Source: Rebecca billardiae RCC1528
Lineage: Eukaryota > Protista > Haptophyta
Assembly (NCBI GenBank): GCA_965240325.2
Contig: OZ251222.1
Span: 1 to 64,000, forward strand
Direction: 5' to 3'
DNA: 64,000 nucleotides
The notes beneath the pieces are model-generated. The model worked only from the letters and a program-made list of their open reading frames with translations. It made no database searches and was not told the origin of the DNA. A program made the translations under genes and the position numbers. Below, piece by piece: positions 57,653 through 64,000 of this stretch (positions are counted from its first letter, which is position 1; the number at the start of each line of letters is the position of its first letter).

Positions 57653-59815
57653 ATGGCGGCACCGGCGGCGGCGCAGCCACCGCGCTTGCCGGGCGTGGTG
57701 CACGCGCGCGTGTGCACACGCGCACACGACGCCTCGGAGCTGAAGCTCGAGCTCCTCAACGTGCCTGAGGCACGCGGCATGCGCGTCGCGCTGCGCTGCC
57801 ACGACGGCTGGCGCGAGCGCGCGCTCGAGCTCACGCCCGATCTGGCCATCGAGCTGCACGGCGCGCGCGCCGAGCCGTGCCGGAGCCAGCCTCCGCGGCC
57901 GCAGTGGCAGCTCGTGCTGGACGAGGCATGCGATGCGCACGCACTCGTTGCGTTCGACCAGCTCGCGCATCGCGTCGAGCTCACGCTCGACGCCGTCACC
58001 AAGCGCAAGCGGCCGGCGGCCGGCACGAGCCCTTCGGAGGCGCCGCACGCGCCACCGGGCAGCGTGTCGCAAGTGGCGCGGCTGGAGAAGAGCACGAAGT
58101 ACATGGCGCCGTTCTTCGCGGTGGTGCTGGACTACTCGCCGCGCATGCCCACGTACAACCGCAGCGCCGAGCCGAGCAGCACGACCTGGCTGGCGGACGA
58201 GTCGTGCGGCTGCTGGCAGGACGGGCTCGAGCTCAAGCTGTTCCACCCGCACTCGGCGCTGCCGCACGTCGGCGCGGTGGTGCGCGTCGCGGGGGTGAAG
58301 GTGCAGGGGCAGGGCAGGGAGGAGTGCGTGCACGGCGGCGCGCGCATGCAGGCCGTGCGCTACGCCTGCGGCATCAAGCCGCAGCCGCGCGGAGAGCCGG
58401 GCACAACGCTCACGCCGCTGTTTGACAGCGGCGCGCCGGGCGCCGAGCCGTGCGCGCTCGGCGCCGACGGCGCGCTCACGCGGCTGCCGTCGGGCGTGAG
58501 GCTGACGCGCGCGGAGGCGGAGCGCGTGCGCGAGCTGCAGCGCTGGGCGCGCGCGACGCTCGGCGACGAGGCCGCCGCGCCGCCCTTCATCCGCGGCCGC
58601 GCGTACCAGCAGCCGCTGCGCTCGCTCGACTGGGCGGCTGACAGGCCGTCCCGGGTGGTGGATGTGGTGGCGAGGGTGGAGTGGGTGGCGCCCGACGCGC
58701 TGGGGGCGCAGCCGGGGGTGCGGCCGCTCGCGGGGCTGCGCGACGGCACGTGCGTGCGCCTCACGCCCGCCGCCGCCGCGCTCGACACCGTCTCCCTCTG
58801 CGTCAACGGCGCGGACGAGGCGGCGCGCGCGCGGCTGGCCTCAGTCGAGCACATGCGCGCGCAGGCCACCGCGGCTGCGGGCAACGGCGTCGAACTGTGG
58901 GTGCGCGCGCGCTCGGTGCAGCCGGTGGTGGAGGGCGGCGTGCCGCGGCTGCTCATCGGGCGGTACACGTCGCTCGCCGTGCTGCCCGAGTACCACGCCG
59001 ACGTCGCCGTCGCGCGCGAGCGATTCCGGGCCTCCGCCGCGCCGCCGCCGCCGCCGCTGCCGCCGCCCGCCACGGCAGCGGCCGCGAGCCCATCGGCCGC
59101 GGCGCGCGGCGCGGGCGCGCCTCCGCCTCCGCCTCCGCCGTCGGCGCTGGACACGCTGCGCATTCCGCCAGAGTCCGTGACGACGCATGCGTACACGAGC
59201 GTGGCGCCGGTGCGCGAGCTCGCGCTCCTCTCCACCGCGCCGCGCGCCGCGTGCAAGTGGCGCGTGCAGGCGCGCGTGCACGCGGTCGAGCCCGCTCAGC
59301 CTGAGGCGCTGCTGCGCGCCAGCTGCCCTGAGCGCGCGTGCGGCGCCGCGTGCGTGCGCGTGCGCGGCGCGGAGTGGCAGTGCACAGCGTGCGGGGAGTG
59401 CGTCGCAGCGAGCGCGCTGCGGCTCGAGTACCAGGCCGCGCTGGTCCTCACCGACGAAGAGGCGCTCCTCGTCGTGCTCCTCACCGGCGCCGAGGCCGCG
59501 CGGCTGCTCGGCGCGCCACCGGCCGGCTGCAGCGGCACCTCGGCGCTCGACCCGGCCGACCCGGTGCGCGCGGTGGGCGCGCGCTTGCAGGCGCTGCTGG
59601 ACGCCGAGCTGGTGGACTGCTGTGTGTACGCGTACAACGAGGTGGAGGCGGACGTGACGCACGCCCCAGGGGCCGCGCCGCCCAGCCTCGCGCACGCGGA
59701 TGACGACGACGACGACGACGCCACCACCGAGCCCGAGGGTGGCGCCGCCGCGTCGCCGCCAGTGCGACGCTTCCACCTGTGCGACACGCAGCTGCGTGCT
59801 GCCGCCCTCTGCTGA
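57653..59815 (+). CDS. POT1: POT1/TEBP-alpha-like telomere single-strand DNA-binding protein
   Basis: OB1 (FFAVVLDYS..LADES..LKLF..LPHVGAVVRV..VKVQ); VRELQRW helix; OB2 (VVDVVARV); C-terminal OB with zinc ribbon (KWRVQARV..CPERAC..CTAC..LVLTD..VDCCVYAY..RFHLCDT). Confidence 0.75.
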   Translation: MAAPAAAQPPRLPGVVHARVCTRAHDASELKLELLNVPEARGMRVALRCHDGWRERALELTPDLAIELHGARAEPCRSQPPRPQWQLVLDEACDAHALVAFDQLAHRVELTLDAVTKRKRPAAGTSPSEAPHAPPGSVSQVARLEKSTKYMAPFFAVVLDYSPRMPTYNRSAEPSSTTWLADESCGCWQDGLELKLFHPHSALPHVGAVVRVAGVKVQGQGREECVHGGARMQAVRYACGIKPQPRGEPGTTLTPLFDSGAPGAEPCALGADGALTRLPSGVRLTRAEAERVRELQRWARATLGDEAAAPPFIRGRAYQQPLRSLDWAADRPSRVVDVVARVEWVAPDALGAQPGVRPLAGLRDGTCVRLTPAAAALDTVSLCVNGADEAARARLASVEHMRAQATAAAGNGVELWVRARSVQPVVEGGVPRLLIGRYTSLAVLPEYHADVAVARERFRASAAPPPPPLPPPATAAAASPSAAARGAGAPPPPPPPSALDTLRIPPESVTTHAYTSVAPVRELALLSTAPRAACKWRVQARVHAVEPAQPEALLRASCPERACGAACVRVRGAEWQCTACGECVAASALRLEYQAALVLTDEEALLVVLLTGAEAARLLGAPPAGCSGTSALDPADPVRAVGARLQALLDAELVDCCVYAYNEVEADVTHAPGAAPPSLAHADDDDDDDATTEPEGGAAASPPVRRFHLCDTQLRAAALC

Positions 59816-60185
59816 CGCGTGGTGAGTGATGCGTGATGGACACGCCGCTGCGCAATCGACGCATGGCGTGTGCGCCGCGACCGTGGGCCTGATTCATCTG
59901 ATATTGAGACTGCATGCGAGGACAGTCCGACGCCGAGAAGGCGAGAAGCGCGAGGGGAGACTGGAGTGGTGAGCACCGGCGGCTGCTGAAGTGCTGATGA
60001 GCTGACAAATGACGATGGCACATACAATCTGATGCTGCGGCAGCTCAGGCCAGCAGGATCCCGGGAACGCCCTTGGCGCGCACTGTCTTGCGCACTCAAA
60101 AGTCAAAACTGAAAAACTCGCGCCCGGCAGCCGGTCGGCACGTGACGATCAGGCCGCCCACCGCGACGGCGTGACCGGTGCCGAC

Positions 60186-61394
60186 ATGCTGCCGCCGGGC
60201 GTGCCGCAGCTCGACGCGGCATGCTCCGCCGAGGAGTTCGCCGAGGCGTTCGCGCGGAGCCGACTGGTCGTCATCCGCGGCGTCGCCCGCACCTCGGCCG
60301 CGGCCACGTCGAGGGTGCTGCACGCGCTCCGCGCGGCGCATCGCGAGAAGCCGGCACCGCTCGAGGCGACGCACACGCTCGAGAGCGGCGCGCTGGACGA
60401 GCCGACGGCGCGGAAGCGCGCGCGGCGCACGTCGGCGATGGGCGAGACGCTCGGTGCCGCGCTCGCGCCCACCAGCGCCGGCAGCGCCTGGTACGCCTCC
60501 TTCATCGTGCAGGAATTGCCCGCCGCTGCGCATGCGCGCGTAGTCAAGGCTCTGCCCGCGGAGGCGCCGCCCTGCTTCCCGGCGCATCTGCGGCGCGTGG
60601 CGGCAGGGCAGCCCATCTGGGTGTTCATCGGCGCGAACCGCTCCTCGCGCCCGCTCCAAGGCCGGCCGGAGCACACCGACGCGCTGCTCCACGACGGCAC
60701 GTGGCACCTGCAGCTCTCGGGCTCCAAGGTGTGGCGCGTGCGCGCGACAGAGGAGCTGCGCGCCGCCGTGCGCGGGCGGCCCGCGCTGCCCAAGCGGACG
60801 TTCGAGATCGTGTGCGAGGCGGGCGACGCGCTCGTGATCGACACGCGCCTCTGGTGGCACTCGACCGAGCTCCCGCCCGGCGCCGACCTCTCCATCAGCT
60901 ACGCCCTCGACACCAACTTTGCGCCGGGCAGCGCCGCCGCTCGTCCGTCGCCGCCCGATGCCGGCGGGGCGCGCGACGCCGCGCGGCCCTCGCGGCCGGC
61001 TTCGGCGGCGGCGGGGGAGGCTCGCGCGCCGGCGAAGCGCGCACGAGGGGCCTCCTCCGCGCGCTCGGCTGCCACCGCCGATCCCCCATCCCGCGCCGGC
61101 GCCTCCGGCATGACGAACGTGGACGGCCTCTTTGCGAGCTGCCCCGTGCGCGCGGGCACGCCCATCCTCACGCAGGACGAGATGCCCGCGTGCGAGCTGC
61201 CGACGAGCACGGACGAGTTCAACTGCGAGGTGTGCGAGGACGAGGAGTCTGGCACGCTTGTCCTCGTCGCCACGCGCGATCTCGCCTCCGGCGAGTTCTT
61301 CGTCTGCCGAGAGGACGAGGACGAGGACGAGGAGGATGACGACGATGACGACGAGGCAGACGGCGATGGCAGCAGCAACGGATCACGCCGATAA
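60186..61394 (+). CDS. JmjC/cupin 2OG oxygenase with a C-terminal SET-like segment and acidic tail
   Basis: WVFIG..GRPEHTD..TWHLQLSGSKVW..CEAGDALVIDTRLWWHST. Confidence 0.8.
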   Translation: MLPPGVPQLDAACSAEEFAEAFARSRLVVIRGVARTSAAATSRVLHALRAAHREKPAPLEATHTLESGALDEPTARKRARRTSAMGETLGAALAPTSAGSAWYASFIVQELPAAAHARVVKALPAEAPPCFPAHLRRVAAGQPIWVFIGANRSSRPLQGRPEHTDALLHDGTWHLQLSGSKVWRVRATEELRAAVRGRPALPKRTFEIVCEAGDALVIDTRLWWHSTELPPGADLSISYALDTNFAPGSAAARPSPPDAGGARDAARPSRPASAAAGEARAPAKRARGASSARSAATADPPSRAGASGMTNVDGLFASCPVRAGTPILTQDEMPACELPTSTDEFNCEVCEDEESGTLVLVATRDLASGEFFVCREDEDEDEEDDDDDDEADGDGSSNGSRR

Positions 61395-61769
61395 CGGCAC
61401 CTGCCGATGCGGTACGTCGCCACTGCATCCTGTACTCGGGCGGCGGATGGTGACGATGACGACGACGGATTATATTCGTCTGGCGATTATTCATCAGCAG
61501 CATCGTCGTCCGGCCGATCCCGCGGATCCGGCCGGACTGCGCGCGCGCCGCCGCCACGCGCGCCTGATATTCCGCGGCATTCCGCCGTGACGGTGATGAT
61601 ATAACTATTAGTAAATATTATAGTTGGCGAGCACGCGCGGGCACTGGCGCGCAGGGTTCGCGTAGCAGTTTAGGCGAGCTGTTTCAGGCTCTTATCGACT
61701 GATTCATCCGATCCGAGCCTGAGGCATCTTATAATTACTACTACGTATACGCAGCTAGTACGCTATGAC

Positions 61770-63707
61770 TAGCCTGGTCCATCTCGATTTTCGCCAGTGA
61801 AAAAGCCTTTTTCGGATTTTGGGCGCCTCATTTCTCCCGATTTTTCTCGTTGCTAGTCGCGCTCGTCAAAAATCGCCACCGGCCGTCCGACGGCTCGCCG
61901 CGACGAAGGTCGGAAGGGGCTCGAGAGCCTCGACTGGACGACTGCGCCGCCTCATGTCAGGTGTAGTGCTGGACACATCGTTCGGGTGCCCCGGTGGTGT
62001 GCGTGCACACCTTGAGCGACATGTCTGCGTTGCTTCCGCCGCCCGCGGTCCGTCGCCAGGTCGACTTCTCGCCCGACGGCGTGCGTCGAACGCTCACCTG
62101 CTGGGTTGCGCCGCGCCTTCGAGACGGGCCACCTCGGGTAATATGCGGGCCACGCGACGGCTCGTGTCGGCCACCGCCTACCCCTAGCATGTATTCGATG
62201 CCACCACCAGCGTTGGGCGCGCTGCGCATCGCCAACGCTTCATCCGGCCAGTCCCGTCACGTTCGCGCATGGGTCGTCCTGAGCGGCGGCTGTCGATTTG
62301 TGCTCCTCGTGGAGCTGTATGACGGGCTGGTGGCGAGCAGGATGGCTCGCCTTGCGGGGCTGGGTGTGTACAGTCGCAGTGTGGTGGCTGCCGGCTGACT
62401 CCCATCGCCTGGGTGCTGCTTTACCGTCATGGCCTTTGCTGCGAGCACAAGGTCAAGGATCGTACCGCGGTCTGCGAGGCAGAGTCGACGGAGTCGTCGC
62501 TTGAAGATGGTTGAGAGCGCGCATACGTCTTCCTCGGTGTCGTGCAGCTACTCCAGCACGCAAGGCTCGCGCTCTGGCACGTGTTTGGTGTCCATGGGTG
62601 GCACATTGTGCCATTCGGGTGGCTCGGAAGCACGTGCTCGGGTGTCTTTCCCGTTTACGCGCGGTGGGCCAAGTCACCACGCACGGCCAGAGCATGTCAT
62701 GGCACGCAGAGGGTGCCCATGAACGATCCCCACCCCGGTGGTGGCCGTAGGCGCACTCGAAGCGGTCGCATCGTCACCCGCGGATCACATCAGTCCGCCG
62801 TTGAGGCTGTCGGGCGAGCAAAGACGTGCGATCTGACCCTTGGACGGGCAGCTAGAATCGCGATTATGCCTCATGTAAGGACGCACATGTCGTCGTTGTA
62901 GGCAGTACTGATGCCCCAAGTGAAAGGGCGGGCGTGGCACGCGACTTGACAGCTTGAATGACTCGATGCACGCCGCCATGGACACGCGAACCGGATCCGT
63001 TGCGAACCTGCCGTGTGGCTCACGGCGGCGCGCGTTGTGCCGCATATCGGCCAGTCGCCACGCAGGAGATGGTCTCCAGACCAGGTCCAGCACCTGACCG
63101 ACTGCCGCACGCCTGGCCGGGTGGGAGTCCGGCCCTCTTCTTGTCTGCAGGAGTGCGCGGAAGGCCAGGCGGAGCCTCGTCCGACCACTGCACCCCGAGC
63201 GCCGCACTAATCGTGCAGCCTGGGACAGCTACCCACCTATGGCGAATATGTAACGACATAGTGTTATTTTAATTATACAGGTCCAGACTGCATATTTATG
63301 CGGGTACACTGCCCATATTATGCGGGTACAAATGGGTAATATTGTCGATCTTGCAGTAGTTGAGTACGGCCACTTGCGCACAGACCACAGCCCATCCTAA
63401 TGGCCTGTACCAAGGTTCATGCTCGCCTCGACGTACGCCAATAAGTAAGTTCGTGCGTTTGGGCTCATTTCGGGTAAGTACTTACCCACATTCAGACTGA
63501 CGATTCTCTATGTGTCCGTAGTTGTCCGCGGCGCGCGCGCGCACGCTCACGACGGGCCGCGGATGCGATTTTTAGGCCGAAACTTTTGCTCCGCCCGGGC
63601 TGGGCCCATTTGTTACGCTGTTTCCGGGTGTGAGCGCGTGCCTAGGGGCCCGCATTCATTTGGCCATAAAATCCCCGAAAGTGCTCCAGTGCGTTTGGAC
63701 CAGGCTA
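61770..63707. mobile_element. Non-autonomous DNA transposon with 12-bp TIRs and 7-bp TSD
   Basis: TAGCCTGGTCCA ... TGGACCAGGCTA; direct repeat CTATGAC at 61763-61769 and 63708-63714; second family member at ~2070-2489; no transposase seen. Confidence 0.88.
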
Positions 63708-64000
63708 CTATGACGTCGTCGCTGACAGTGACACTGAGCGTGCCGACCGAACTGTTCAAACGAACCGGGCTGGTCAGTTATTAATATATAATAATCGTGT
63801 AGTTCAGACTCTACTTTCGCGACCCGCCTATGCATTCCCCTAATTATTAATAAGTGCATGTTATTCTTACGACTAAATCGTCTACTGCTTAAAATTCATC
63901 ATCAGGGCGGGCAGTAGAAACGCAGCAATAATCAAATTTCATCCAGGGCAATAATAGTAGTTCAATCCACTCATGACTCAAATAATTTATGATGCGTGCG

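Noticed and set aside
2070-62170. Inverted ~400-bp repeats near both window ends as the TIRs of one 60-kb element
   Set aside because: They face outward and are diverged, and the right-hand copy has its own TIR partner and TSD at 63707.

Overview
Very GC-rich, gene-dense eukaryotic nuclear DNA. Short GT..AG introns are built largely from GCGC/CGCC runs, and the AT-rich spacers carry (TA)n tracts. The style suggests a haptophyte alga such as Pavlovales/Diacronema, but that is an inference. About 17 host genes can be supported: a 2OG-Fe(II) oxygenase, a Sel1-repeat protein, a SAM methyltransferase, LRRIQ3-like, a Siw14-type phosphatase, an EF-hand membrane protein, ELF1, DNAJC7-like, an LRR receptor-like protein, a TLC-like protein, a ~3,270-aa RCC1/REJ/GPS polycystin-like receptor, a degenerate PP2C, a class-V aminotransferase, RNFT-like RING, POT1-like, a JmjC protein and some hypotheticals. 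The most notable content is the mobile DNA. (1) A 2.57-kb element at 41569-44135 has the split direct repeats (A1-ORF-B1-A2-B2) of Ngaro/PAT tyrosine-recombinase retroelements and an open recombinase ORF, but no RT or RNase H. (2) A 4.67-kb element at 6325-10993 has 848-bp terminal inverted repeats, a 5-bp TSD, no transposase and decayed gene-like cargo. (3) A 1.94-kb element at 61770-63707 has 12-bp TIRs and a 7-bp TSD, with a decayed relative near 2.1-2.5 kb. (4) An identical 48-bp sequence occurs three times in intergenic DNA with no TSD. Most long ORFs in the supplied track are GC-driven shadow frames. All calls come from reading motifs by eye; no searches were run.
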